Shown in pieces: positions 39,052-53,133 of a stretch of 64,000 nt of DNA. The translations under genes and the position numbers were made by a program. Origin of the DNA: Botryllus schlosseri (lineage: Eukaryota). The notes under the pieces were generated by a model. It saw nothing but the letters and a program-made list of their open reading frames with translations, searched no databases and was not told the origin of the DNA. The stretch covers positions 13,206,001 through 13,270,000 of the forward strand of contig CM119383.1 of the NCBI GenBank assembly GCA_051294905.1, read 5' to 3'. Numbering within the stretch: the first letter of the stretch is position 1; every line of letters starts with the position of its first letter.

Positions 39052-39778
39052 TTGCGCGACGCAGCTTTATAAGTGGATTTGGTAATACAGACCTTTCCAT
39101 TTAATGGCCGTGCACACTGCACTTGCTCATTGAACATTGCACATTGCGCATCATGCCGTTGAGAGATGAAATTTAAGATGTTGCCGTATTATTTACTACG
39201 TTACCTGCACTTTCATCTCCAGCTTAGAGACAGGCGACTAGTGATACTCCTGGAACAGTGGCAGATATTGTGCACTTTACTCTAGTTGTTACCATAGTAA
39301 AGTAGACCGGCCTTCGTACAGTTTCATATGGTAGCTGAGAAGATGACAGCATCATTCAGTGGTCTGCACGTGGGCGTGAGTAGTCTTGAGTACCTATTTG
39401 AAACCACGGTTTCACGAGAATGTCGAATTGTCATTGTTCGTCGTTGTAGGCCTACGTAGATAGATGTCTCTGTTATTCTCTAAATTCTGACATTGTAAAG
39501 GATCAGCATCTGCAGACAACTGCACGAAATCTCACGAGTAACAGGCGATGTTGTGAAAATACTGTGGTATCTCTGGTCTGTTTGCGCGACAGGTGGCGGG
39601 TGTGTCTGTGTGGTAGATCATTTGTCAGAAATAGTTCAGCAGTTTCATCGTTTAACATAATCGCTGTATTGTGTGTGGGACTGAAAATTTGCATTTATAT
39701 CAAGGCTTGCTATTCTCTTTCGTAGAATTGAGTACAGCCATTTTAGAGCATATTGCTTATGGCGTTTTGTCGATTACC

Positions 39779-39936
39779 ATGAATCCCGTGCGATTTATTG
39801 TCACTGTACTGGTTCCGGTGTCACTGCTCGACGCTTACAACACCGATACAACAATATACGCAGCATTGAATGGGCCGACAGCCGACTCGTTCTTTGGATA
39901 TTCCACTCAAGTGCTTCAGGTCGACGGAAAATTGAA
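39779..39936 (+). CDS. Integrin alpha exon 1 (signal peptide and start of FG-GAP repeat 1)
   Basis: MNPVRFIVTVLVPVSLLDA|YNTD....GP..SFFGYS is the typical integrin-alpha N-terminus (YNxD, S.FGYS); donor AA|GTGAGC, phase 2. Confidence 0.9.
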
Positions 39937-40367
39937 GTGAGCTTGAAATTTACGTTGTCAAATAAGGTATCTTACTAGTATTTAAAATCAAGTAACTGCT
40001 AAATTAAAGTTTTATTACTAACAAATGTATCATCGACCGCGAAGGCATCCTAGTACTGTGTGCAATTGAGGTGAAGCAATCACAAAATATCGAAGGTACC
40101 AACTAAACTACTAGGTAGGATGTCACGAAAACATCGGCCGAATCACCGTATTTGCGAGAATAATTGTGCATCAGAACCTTGACATCCACAAATGAAGGAA
40201 CACAACTTAAACTATATTCGTTTGAAATTTAATCGAAATTCACGGTCGCAATCGTGTCCAAAATGCACCTCACCTCGATGTAAAATTCACGAATTTGTGT
40301 GCGCAAACTGTTTGCAACGAAATTAATTCGTAAATCGGTTCTGTACGCCACTTTGTACCCTTTAGTG

Positions 40368-41002
40368 CAGTGGTTATAAAACTATTTTAGACACGCCCTC
40401 CTTGAGGACAGTGAAAAAATGTCGCGCGCCCTTATCGACTTATACAAAAAGTATTAGAAAGAGCGACCAGAATATTTGCAATCCTAGCGCAATAGTTTAT
40501 TGGAATGAAAGTTTATGACTAATGAGAGACTAATTCAGCTGATCCTTGTTTCTTAGATTATTAATGCATATTATAGACATGGGCTAGTATATGACACGAC
40601 CTAATAAGGATCCTATTTCTACATAAATTTGTGCGTTTATACGCAGTACGCACTCTGCACGGATACTTGACACACAGGCCATAAAAGCGTCTGCTAACAG
40701 CTACAGCTACACGCATTCACTAGTTACTCCTAATTCAGAAACATCTTCTGATCAAAGCAAGGTCCGCGCGGTGTCGGTCAAAATCTAGCAGCATCGGTGT
40801 AGCCGTGTATGGACTATGGATGGTACGACGCGATTATGCCATTTAAATCGTTTTATAATTAACATAAGTGCCGTTTTTGATACGTGGAAGTTTCAACGTA
40901 AATCAAACTCATTCCGAGTTCAAGAAACATCATTTTTTCTCAGGTAGCTTTGCACCCCCCTTTTGATGCTTTCACGCCCCCCCCCCGGTTTTAGAACCAC
41001 TG
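40368..41002. mobile_element. hAT (Buster-type) MITE
   Basis: TIR CAGTGGTT/AACCACTG; exact TSD CTTTAGTG. Confidence 0.9.
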
Positions 41003-41870
41003 CTTTAGTGAGATGAAACCCGTGTCGGGGTCTATCCGTACCAATTTTCATCGAAAGCACATCGTAATCACCTCTCCAAAATCATTCTTCCCTAAAAATC
41101 GGATTTGGCAAACAATTATTATCACGAAAACAGTGCCGTCCACTCAAAACACACTTGCATGAGTCGCGTTGTGTGATAACAACTTGCGCCGTAGCATTTA
41201 ACATTTGGTAATTTGTAGAGGGCAGTGGTTAACCCAGTGATTCCCAACCGCGGCTCTCAGAGATGCATGCGACTCAAAGCAAGCCTTCTTCAAGCTTCTT
41301 GGTATCTGAATATGCCACAAAAATATAATAGATAGTTGTTGTTTGTTTCTATGAATATTTATAGTAACTTTCTGTATATGGTTGCTAAAATAGGGGATAT
41401 TAGTTATTTCTGACGCCTCCCAAGGTCGCTTCTGAAAACTGGGAAAGAGAATTCTTGCGGATTAGCGTCAAACGGATGGATGAATAATGAATATCGAATA
41501 CCCGTTAGACAATGAGTTCTGCTGGTCATAGACCTTTATAGATCGTCTCTATGAAGAGTAAATTTCGACACAATTTGACTGAAATTGATGCGCTGGTTAT
41601 CATTTGATATGTAGTTACTAGTTAGATGTGTATCATGGTATTTTTTTGTTCTTATGACTCGGCGATAGTTTGGGGTTCCACGAAGGCTTGTAGATTAGCC
41701 TAAGTGTTCCGCGGGTAAGTAAGGGTTAAGAACCACTGGTGTCGGGGATCTGCAGTTCCTCAAACTATGTAGGCAGCACGTATACTCTTGGGCAGACCTT
41801 GAACATACAATTTAATTTAATATTATATTCGTATTGAAATAAACCCGAATATCTTCGGCTGACACTCGTC

Positions 41871-42108
41871 ATTCATGGTGTCTTTCGAGTACATTTGTGA
41901 TTTACAACGGGCCGATGTTCTTCATTATAATTCCCCATCTGTCGACTTCTAGCACGGGCCACTTCTAGGCTTTCGTAAGATACCGCTTAAGCGGATCACA
42001 GTGAGGAGGTTGCTGGACGAACCCTTAGGTAGGGCCGACCTCGGCCTAACTCGAACATGCAACCGATGTTGTTGTAGCTGTGGATCGTACTACCACGATA
42101 TCACGATA
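41871..42108 (-). mobile_element. Diverged copy of the tRNA-derived SINE
   Basis: Reverse complement retains GTTCGAG and the body GCGGTATCTTACGAAAGCCTAGAAGTGGCCCGTGCTA. Confidence 0.7.
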
Positions 42109-43425
42109 CAGTCGTCAGGAGTAACCGTATAATTAGTCATAACTCATAAAGTTTTGCACTCATTTTTCAACACTGATTTTACCTATTAATTCCATATGAT
42201 CATCATAGATCAGTATACGAATCGGGCTAGAATTGTTGCATTTAATGCAGTAAATTGTATGCACTCCAGAACACATTTCGATAAAGTATGCGTTAGCGCG
42301 CCTTCGGATACTGGAACGACAGGCAATTACCGTTGCTCGTACTGGTTCATTAGTAAAACTGAAGCTGTCGGTATTTCCGAAATAGCTGCCTGGATAGGTA
42401 ACGAGTGCGTTTCCACCATGCAGTTTTGAATACACATGATTGTGCAGCTGCTGGTTAATATTCAATTGCATGGCCATTATCAATTATAGCTATTACTTAT
42501 TGCTTCTAATAGTCATAATAATACGTTATGTTCCGTGGCTACTTCGAATATTGTTCAAAATCGATCAGGCCAAATTGGAGTGAAGTTACATTGAGTATAC
42601 TCATTTACACGATGATAACGACACGGTGACGGAGAGTTACTCCTCTGCAATGTCACAATAAGCCTAGAACTGACCTTTTCAAAAGCTCATTAAAATCTTG
42701 GCGGTGTTACCATATCATTACCAGTTTTGTTAAGTTTGTTTAGGTTGTTACCTGATCGCTATTATTTACTTCAAGTCCAAATTTATTCATAAAATTTCAT
42801 CACTTCCAAACATCACAAGACTGCAATACAATGAATGATAGGAAGATGCCGAAACGACTAGGAGTAGTCTTAAGATCAGACACCCACCTGGGCCTAGGCG
42901 ATGTAAAGAGGAGGCATGCACAGTAGGGCTCTTCAAAAATGACTTTTTTCTCAAATCGTACTGGCTACTTGATAAAATTGTTAGGTTACCTAATTTAAGC
43001 CTACACACAAAATTTGGTTCAATTCCAGCCAGTAACCGTTTTGCTACAGGAGAAGAAAGTTTCTATTTATTATATAAAAATAAATAATAAAAAATTTGAA
43101 AATTTTCTGTTCACCCCTCGAAAGTGTTAGGCTGTCTATAGAAACGATGCTCACCAAATTTGGTTCAATTCCAACCAGTGGAAGCGGAGTTATTCTCGTC
43201 GAAAAACTTTTGATTTGAATAAAATAGTCTTTACGGTGACCGATTCTTTGTTTATTTATTATAGTTGTGCTCACCGTAAATACTAACGAACATTCGATGT
43301 CATTCAGTTTCGCAATCTCACTCATTAATCACAATCGCTGATCATAATAATCTCAGCGGTATATTGTCTCCAAGCCACCAAGAGATAGGAGCCAACGCAT
43401 GCCAGACCCGAGACTATGGTTACGC

Positions 43426-43579
43426 CAGCGATGATGTTGTTCGTACCATGCCTATTGCAGATGCGATTGTGCAGGACAGCGATGATATCGTGAGCACCAA
43501 GCCAATGCAGATGCGATTATGTAGGCCAGTGATGGTATAATGTCCACAGAGCCTATTGCAGATGTGATTCTGCCAGCGG
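43426..43579 (+). repeat. Three degenerate ~51-bp tandem units
   Basis: CAGCGATGAT...CCTATTGCAGATGCGATT occurs three times (51, 50 and 47 bp). Confidence 0.7.
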
Positions 43580-43975
43580 AACTATAGGCTTGTTGAAGAC
43601 TCGAAAAATCAGGCCAGCGACGATAGCCGAGATCGCGGCAATCAATGACCTATAATTTGGCGATCTTCTCAGCGGGAGATTGCGTCGCGTTACGCAGTGC
43701 ATTGACGTATCCCGCTAATTGACGTATCCCGCTAATTGGCCGCGCGAAACACTGATAATACGACTTATTGAAGCTTCCTAAAAGTTTAAAACACATTATT
43801 AACGATACTATTTTATCCGGTTAACCGGCATATTTATATCCGGATCTCGGATAATAAAAAAACCTGCGGTTAACCGGTTAACCGTTATCCGGATAATCCA
43901 ACCCTAATCCACACATAGTAAACAGACATGCGATGGACATTGTAGTGTGCTTGTAAGAACACCCCACGTGGTGTA

Positions 43976-44938
43976 GGGGAGATGTGGTACCGATGGATCA
44001 CTGGGACCGAAAATACTTTGAAAATTCTCTATGATAATTCCATGATTACACTACGTAAACTTGTCTACAATTGCGTGCTGGCAAAATCTTTCCTCACATA
44101 CAAAAAAATTCGACGTGGGCGAGCTATGGGGTCTCTCACAGTTGATTTTTGTTTCGGGGGGTCTAAACTAAATTTAGATCGACATATACATTTTTCTTTG
44201 TAACCTTCAACACGAACAAACCAGCAATCATTTTTATTGTGAAATGTAGGGCTTGTATCAGGCTATATAATGACACCTATTATTTTTTTCAGTACTTTCC
44301 TTGAGTATCCTTTTTTTCCATTCATGTATAAAATTCGTAGGGTGGGGACCGATGATACAATAGCCAAATCAAGCAAAATAATCAAGCATACTAATCATGA
44401 AACAAATGAAACATGCCTACGTACAGAAAATCTTCATCTAATAATTGCATATGATGTTGTATCGCTATAACGAGGTATTTGGAAGTCACACTGTCGATTT
44501 TCGGGCAATATGTATGTACCCACAAATTTATAAGATCGAGCCTAAATCGAAACGTGATTTTATGACAACATTTGAGTTAATATTTATTCTTTTTTTTGGA
44601 CTGTTGCGACCAAACATTCTTCTTTGGCTTGCTGCAGCTTAGATTATAATACTGAGCAAGAAAAGTAGTCACATTTGAGCTTTTTAGGGTATATGTGTCA
44701 TAGGTCCCAGGGTCGTGTGTCATTGGACCCACCCGGTGGGGACCGATGACACGTTCGAGCAACAAATTTTGAACGTCCATAAAGATTTTTTGAAAAGACG
44801 GGTATTCATGTATATGTGCGCGATACGTAGAGCTTGTATCAAAGTGCTGAGCCAGCAAAGGATCTGCTGTTTTCGGCTGAACATTTCGGGGCAAGCGATC
44901 ATTTTCCAATTTTTGATCCATCGGTACCACATCTCCCC
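43976..44938. mobile_element. Tc1/pogo-type MITE
   Basis: 25-bp TIR GGGGAGATGTGGTACCGATGGATCA flanked by TA, with internal GGGACCGATGA motifs. Confidence 0.85.
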
Positions 44939-45618
44939 TACATCAGGTTATCAATACACCACAGAAGCCCCTACCTCGCAGCAGGATATTGATCACCACT
45001 CTGCCTATAGTTTCAAATAGTAACTTTTGTATTGATGTTTGGTTGTGCTTAGTTAAACGCAGTTTACCGTTGCTGCTTGGCGAGCAGGTGGCCTACGTAC
45101 GCACGTACACCTGATGAAGATTCGGAATTTTGTACTCGTCGAATAAAACATTGCAGTTTCCACAACGAAGCATTACAAATAAACAGCTGCTGATATATAT
45201 CGTGACCGAGCCGTGCTTAGCCGTTTCTCGTAACAGCAGCTCGTAGTATATGTATTAAGTTGAAGGCAGAATATTTATGTTCACTATATCTTATTCTCAT
45301 ATAACTATACTTGAAACGGGCGTCAATCGTTATATCACAGCTCGTTACTTAGCATTTGGACCTGCCGCCATAACCATCCGCTTATATAGCCTGACATGTT
45401 AGCATGGGTTGTAGCTAGAATCATCAATTCAGCCAAAACAGCAATTCGTCCCCCTGTCCAACCGTTGGTCAATTTTCAAAACTGAATTTAATCAATAATA
45501 TTGGTAATTGCATTATATTACTATTCATTTATAACCTCTCTCAGCCCCGAGTGTCAGATTTACCTGTAGAGCTGGGGCACGTAATTCATAATCATAGTAT
45601 CTGGCATGTTGTTATAAT

Positions 45619-47299
45619 CAGGGCTTTGGAGCCGGAGCCGGAGCCCGGAGCCGGAGCCCCGGAGCCGTGCATTTTTACCGGAGCTGGAGCCGGAGCCGGA
45701 GCTCTATATAAAATTCAGCCGGAGCCGGAGCCGGAGCTGGAGCCAGTTATTTGAGGGGTAGCTCCGGCTCCGACGTATTTCATAAGATGCTATTATATAT
45801 GCAACAACCATATCTGCTGAGTTCACCGAATTCAACAGCAGGCCTTCTCGATATTAAGAATCTTTTCCTCTTTGGCGCTACATTTTCCGACTAACCATGT
45901 TCCTTGGGGTTCAAAAGCAGAGCAGTCGTATGTTCAATGTTCAATTTTCATACATGAGTGCCGAATCTCGGTATGCGACATATGCCTGTGAATATTGTGG
46001 GTATTCGGCATACCCGCAATTTCATCATCAGTATAACCTTGTTGGCCAATTGTATACGGCTCGAAAATAATGATCACTATGTATTACGCGAAATGGGAGA
46101 GAGGATAAAAACGTGATTTCGTTGCACATGCCGATATGACGAGCACGAGCCGAGAAATTCCGTCTCGTCATTGCTATGAATCGATAAGCAAATACTCGTT
46201 TTTTCGTGATAGTTCTTTAGTCGGGCCGCGAAAGTGGACAGTATTGCGAGTATGCAATTATGCATGCTAATTGCAATTCATTACTGCGCATCATTGTCAT
46301 CTCCAGTAAGGATTTTCGAGCTTAATAGGGGATGGAAGAAGAGTAGGCAGAAACCCCATAGTATTCTATGTTGGAGACAAGCTTCTGATTTGATGCGCGA
46401 TTTCCAATTTGTAATCATCTGTTTCGTAAACTTGTAAATGTGCAATGTGCATACTGCATAGTTTAATTCGTTATGGGCATGGCGCAATGTGCACGGCACA
46501 GTGTTTATTTCGATTATTCGATTCATTTCAACGGGAAAATATTATTCCGATAAACTTGATCGACACCGGATGGACTGGTAACGAGTGCACCAATATCGAA
46601 CGTCAAACCATTGGTCATTTGGAACAAATCGAATTTCTATTGATCACGTCGTTATATTCGCCCATTTTGCCCTTACTACAGTTAAAGTTGAATAATAATC
46701 GCACATTCAAAGATTGAATTAAGCTGTATGGTAATGGTAATGGCCTAATGGTAATGAGTACAGTGCCGTGCCACAGCATTAAAATTCTGATGCAATGTTT
46801 TAACACTGGTTTTAAAACATCGCATCAGAATTTTAATGCTGTGGCACGGAGTAAAGTGCTTTTTTAGTTTATTGTAATATACGACGATTTACTCAAATGT
46901 GACTGGACCCTGGATCTGCCAATGCGTCGAGACTGATATTTTAGTTCAGTCATCAATAACATCCCAAGTGCCGCGACTAGAGTAATCATATTTTTGGTTG
47001 GCCTAGCGAGTTCACAATCTGAGCAATTCAATTTCGATAATATAACAGAATTTCGATAATATAATGTGAAATTAGCTCGCGGGCTACTCAAAACCTTCTC
47101 GCGGGCCACATATGGCCCGCAGGCCGCGCGGGTTGCTCACCCCTGATACAGACAGACACCTTCGATGGTTTTCAGAGCCGGAGCCGGAGCAGTGGTAATA
47201 ATGCTGCTCCGGAGCTGGAGCCGGAGCTGATGTATGATAGAAGAAAGCTCCGGGGCCGGAGCTGGAGCAATGCAAATTTACGGCTGCTCCGAAGCCCTG
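45619..47299 (+). mobile_element. Complete non-autonomous hAT element with GGAGCC arrays at both ends
   Basis: TIR CAGGGCTT(T/C)GGAGC, exact TSD GTTATAAT. It carries a piece of the 24584 family at about 46880-47145. Confidence 0.9.
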
Positions 47300-47747
47300 G
47301 TTATAATTACTTTATTGTATATTGTTAATTCGCGACCTCCAGTCTGTTGTATAATCAAAAGATATTGCACTCGCCCAAACGTAGCAGACTAAAAGAATAT
47401 CTTTTATGAGACGCACACACAAATTGTCATGGCTTTATTCCTTTGTGGATGCGCCGGGTGGCACTTGCATTGTGGGCCCAGATTGGAACGACAGGAGTTA
47501 TTAGTCACGCCCACCCAGCGCGGCTACTGACAATGGACGAATACCCTAAGTTTCGGCCAAGGTATTTCTTTGGTATCACATCCCGTGGAGTTGCGTGTTG
47601 GCCGAAACTGCATATGTCTTTTGGTGTGTTGTGGGATCGTGGCGCGGTAATGACCGGCTCCGAAATGCCTGTTCCCATAAAATAGCCTATACATGTTTTT
47701 TCTTGAGGGGAAGAGGTATGCATTTCAAACCCAGCTATCTACTGGAA

Positions 47748-48227
47748 CAGGGGTCACCAACCGTTTTGAAACAAAAAGCTACTTCTTGTGTAGTGTGTAC
47801 TGATTATTGCGACGACCGACGGGTTGCCACCTACTCCCGCCGTTTATCCGTGTTCAGTTGGATTTCTCCACTTAGAGTAAGACAATCAGAGCACTGGGCC
47901 GGGTTTCCGCCCCATACCAAGAACAAAAAACGCTCACTCGCTGGGACTCACACCAGCTCCTCTGGGCTCAGTTGCGTTGCTGCAGATGCGCGCCGAAGCG
48001 CCAATGTCCACGTCGAGACTCGAGAATAGTAACTATAGATTCCCGTTGGCGGCGAAGACAAGCAATGCCCCGAGCGACTGCGTTCGTATCTTCCTTGGGG
48101 TCGGCCGACCCATGTTCATTGTTCAACTGCTGCTCATATAAAACCAGCTTCAACTTTCAAATCTCTCATTTGGATATTTGCTACAGCAACCGCGGGCGAC
48201 TCATTTGGTCCGCGTTGGTGACCCCTG
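47748..48227. mobile_element. hAT MITE
   Basis: TIR CAGGGGTCACCAAC; TSD TACTGGAA/TACTAGAG (6/8). Confidence 0.75.
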
Positions 48228-48576
48228 TACTAGAGACATTTGAATCGCAAAGCTCGAAAAACATTTTTAGGAATTAATTAAATTCTCGAAAATACTCTAT
48301 AATTTATGTTGGTTTACGAAATACTTTTGAGTCCCCTTCGAGCACGCTCCCCGCCCTATTAAGGAATTTGGGGTGCGGCAGGTAAAGACCTGGCAATAAT
48401 GCAAATCGTTGGATGCGATAAATCATCCACTATAAAGTTGGGCAATTGGTATATTATGACGTAATAAGCAAATGACGTATGAAGAGAGTTGATATCTCAT
48501 TAAGCCTTTTCATCGCAATCCTTGTATTGTCTTCCAATATATCATTTAAGATTATAGTCCTAAGAAGCAAAACAAA

Positions 48577-48719
48577 TGTAATCGTGAGTAATCGTGATTA
48601 CTTTTCCAATGTAATCGTAATCGTAATCGACTACTTCGTGATTTTGCTGTAATCGTAATCGTAATCGCGTGATTCCGAAGTAATCGTAATCGCAATCGAT
48701 TACATTCATAAAGTAATCA
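48577..48719. repeat. (GTAATC)n / GATTAC motif cluster, probable MITE subterminal remnant
   Basis: More than 10 GTAATC units with inverted GATTAC copies. Confidence 0.65.
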
Positions 48720-51700
48720 CTCCGTGTCTGGTGCAAACTTGATATCCTATAAAACGGTTCGCATCTCCATCTTCAACGCACTCTAGTGTTGAGACAGAAA
48801 TAAAACTGATCTCCTCCATGATTCGGTCCAAATTACGTAAACTGCGCATCGCACACTCTATAGGTACGGTACAGTTACTTCTCGCACACGCGGTCTGGGC
48901 TCGACTATACCACCGGCCCACGACACTATTTTGTAAAGTTATTCGCTATGATGCACGTCTCGGCTTCACACTATCATCTATAATCATGAATGTATACTGC
49001 AAAATACTAAGCAAGTGGGATTTCCATATTCAAATAAAATGGATTTGGTCTACAAATATGGTATTTAAAAAACTCACCGACACACGCAAAGTAGCGTGCA
49101 GACGTATGAACTGAACACTGAACAAGCTCAGTCAGGGGTGACGAAAAAGGCGCATACGACTCTGCGGGTTTGTGCTTTAGCTTTGTGCAGTCATCTTGGT
49201 TTAATGAGTACGTGAGAATATTTTGGAACTTCTATTTCCTTCTCAAGTTTCCCGTCTTGACGGCCATGATGAACGGTAGACAGACGTAATTTAATCCTTT
49301 TGTTCAATCTGCTGTCGGCTTCAGTCCCTAATCCACATTCCGGTAACCCGACCGCCCTACGAAAAGGTTGCTCGCTCCTGCAGTACTGTTTGCATTGTGC
49401 AATATGTGCAATTGTGCATTGTGAATTCTACATGTGGGCCGCGCGCGCACAATGCGAATGTAGCTGTGTCACGAAGAAGCGGGTATTCGTCGCTGTTGAA
49501 AGTTACGAAATAAACCTGAATATCAAAGAAATGTCGAGAGGAAGTCAGTTGTAACGTAATGCCGCCGCGAAGTTATTTGTCGGCGTCAAAGTTAAACTTC
49601 GAATTCGTATTTGACGTCACCAGGCGCGAGTGAACGCGATAGTCAACTCTGAATTGAAACACGATTCAAGCAATCTATCATATGTTGTTGTTTTGTAACA
49701 ACATACAAATGCATCAACTCGCATTCTATACAAACTGATAGGAATTATGAATCACGGTGTATTGTGCTTGGGATGTGTGATCTATTTGCCAAGAATCACA
49801 ACGTAAATTGTGACATAGAGCCTTCAAATCGTTCGCGGGCCGCACCGTAGTCAACTGATTCCAAGATGTTACTCTAGCTCTTGCTTTCACTTGAATACTT
49901 GGTTAGGCATATAGACATGGACGGATTATATAGGGGTTTTATTTTAGCAGGTCGTAACACCTTTAGTCGCGAACAATGGAATTGGTATAAATACGATGAT
50001 TGTTCGGTTGAATACAGTTATCAAATCAACAATAAAATAGTGACGCTACGACGATATATAAGTGGGCTTATTTGTATACTCCTCTGCTTTAATGCAATCT
50101 GGCATTGGCGCTGCGTACGCGTTATGAGAAATACAACATATTCAACTGTAAACGCGGACATTTTAATTTGGTTTAATATTATCAAATCGCGAGTCGGGAT
50201 TCTCGTAGGTCCGGGGACCTAATGGTTCGGAAGTGGCACAGCAGTGCGAATATAGATGTTGAATTAGATATTTGTGTGACTCCTATATTTCCATGTGAAC
50301 TGCATATACGGTTCCGCATTTGCGTTTCCGCTTCTGTGAGTATAAATAGCTCTTTTTAGTCCATTTTTCCATAAAACTCTAAACTTTGTTTGCACTTTCT
50401 GCCCTCTCAAAATTGTACGTCGACGTCACCGACTTGCGTAATAAGTAGTAACTAGAGTGAAACCACAACGCCGTAGTCACGTGGCTATATAAGGTGACCT
50501 ATAAAAATGCACAATTGAACAATGAACATCTCAACATTTGCTGCGAATGTGCTGTTTAATATAAGAATTTTTCAGTCTACTCAGAATTGCTGCGCCGGCC
50601 GTATGTTTGACACCCCTGACCTATACCATAGCCGCAATGCTGAGTCTAACGCCTCAGTGAATTACACGATTTAAAATTTCCAAAATGAGTGAAGTATCGG
50701 ATACTGAAAACGTGTTTACGATTCACTTGTGATTAGACAACATGGATCTATCGAGTGGCATTTGCTGTCTTTACCTGAATATTTCTTCGTCTGCCGACCA
50801 GTGCGAATAGGTTTAATGCGATATCGTATGACGAATTCGACGAATTCACGCCTATCTGGCGCTTGAACCGAAACTCATAATTCACTAGTTTTGTGGTTAG
50901 GCAGACAGATCGTCGTCATAACTCACATGTAGAAGTGGCAGGTTAAAATGTCAGGTTAAAATGTCTGATATACGAATCTTACGAGTCACCTGTGATAGTG
51001 CTGCTACATTTACAAATATGCACGCGTAACATGCTTCGATACTGAGTCATTATGAGTAGTTTTGAGATGTTTAGACTACGCAGTATGTGCGATACCCGTG
51101 AATTCCCTGTACAATGATTTCCAAACTATCTAGCGGCCTTTCAAATGTTTTCGCAGGCAAGACTGTCATTGCAATTTAATTGCAATTGATCGTCGTCATT
51201 TAGCCTTACATCAGGTCCACACGGTCGTTCATTTCTACTGTATTGTATAATCGAGTTCTTATGGCTTTCATCACGGCCCACTTTTGCATTGTTTTTTTGT
51301 GTGTGACACGGCTAACAGTTCTCACGCAGATAGTAATATTTCATGGGATGATGACCAGCGAATACAGGGGATTCTATATTTCTGTACCTGGTTTTTACGA
51401 TTTAATGATTATATGAATATGAATCACATATGATTCGGACGCGGTTCGAACATCTGCCTCTAAATTCGATTTGATGCGATTCAATTTAGGTATTCGCCAA
51501 TCATTTTTCAATATATAAATATTTAATACTTAATGAATTCAATAATAATCATAATCAATAATCGTCGTAATATCGTTTCATCTGACCAAGACTCACACTA
51601 TGTACAATGCGATACACAAGACACAATACGATGTAATGTAATGATCTCTCTAATTTATTAATTCGGATGATTTCGATGTTGGAACGAGGACAAACGTCCC

Positions 51701-52143
51701 TCTCTCTCGGGGCCACTAACCACCAGCAATCGGGTACATACGCCATTAATAAATATACACTATCTATCGGTTTCACGTTGTCCTACCTTCCGACATCACT
51801 TTGTTGCGGGTTCCCTCGAATCATGTGAAGAAAAATTGAGTTCCGGAGTTGACGTAGTTGTTAATGCACCGGTTCAAGTCTCGGCAGTATCACGTTTCGA
51901 AGTGTCGGGGGTTCATCTGGGTTCATTCTCCCCTCCGTCACTGTTCTTTCCGCGTCTTATAGAAACAATGCCAAGAGAAAGACGAATGAAATGCGACAGA
52001 TAAGAGCTAGGAAAGTGTGCATAAAAAAGACAGCCGAACATACAAGATCGAACATTGTTACTTGCCGGCATAAAGCCAAGGTGGACGTCGAATTTCGTCA
52101 TCCTCCTTTCTGTTCATTTCATTACATCGAATTGTGTCTAGTG

Positions 52144-53035
52144 CAGGGGGTGGGCAACCTGCGGCCGTTAGAAGGAAATTTGTGCGGCCGTCGACACATA
52201 ATTCAATTAGTTTGTGTTGGCGGCCGTCAACATGCAAATTGAATTTATGAATTGACTCCAGAATCTTTGAAAGATTTCGAACAATTTTGAAATTTTCTTC
52301 GTGCTGGGCGCGATTCATTGCGACTTCATTTTTCAATTTTAATGTAGTAGCGCTAGTAGCGCCTTTTGCAATCTTAGCCCACAGTGCAGATGTAAACAAC
52401 AGAGGAAAATGATGTCCCCATAGAGAAAATACTAACTTCGAATCGTGTGCTCCTCACGAAATAAATTTGTTTCTGGGACGTTTGGGCGATTGCAATATCT
52501 TTCCACTGTGACTGTACCGACTATCCTGATGGGAGGTCAAGAAATAACAGCATGTACCAAAGTGACTAATAACAATTTGACTACCGAAATATCCATCATC
52601 ATTTATAACTTGCGCTAAATTTTCGAAACACTCCTCCTTCAACTCTAGCTTACAGATGAATTTGATCCTATCATATGGGCGGAAAAAGGATAAATGTTTA
52701 ATAATTATATGCGAAACTACTAATATTTATTGCGAAGTTCATTCGTGAATCTGAAAAATATTTCGCCGTGTCGATTCCTTGAAACTATTCATAACATGAT
52801 CATTCTCGGTTTCGGTGCATTTAGTAAACCGATGTTAATATATGCTATGCTAGCTAGAGATTGGTCCGGAGTTCATCGGAATTGGATAATTGGGCATGGA
52901 CACTGTCCATTGGACAGTTTAACATGGGAATTTGGCGTTCATTTAGTTCCTTACGACTATGGCCTGGAATGTGGCCGTAGGCTACATGAGTAAGCGAAAT
53001 GCAGTCGTGAATAGCTAAAAGGTTGGCCACCCCTG
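52144..53035. mobile_element. hAT (Buster-type) MITE
   Basis: TIR CAGGGG(G)TGG.CAACC; exact TSD GTCTAGTG. Confidence 0.85.
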
Positions 53036-53133
53036 GTCTAGTGTATCGCATTATGCATTCTGTGTCTGATGAATAATGACAGAACCACCGATTGTCAATC
53101 TTCATAGTATGCGTGCTACTGTTTTGTGGCGAC

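Noticed and set aside
45551-45754. EPEPEPGAGA repeat protein
   Set aside because: It is the translation of GGAGCC subterminal repeats of a hAT element with TIRs and TSD.
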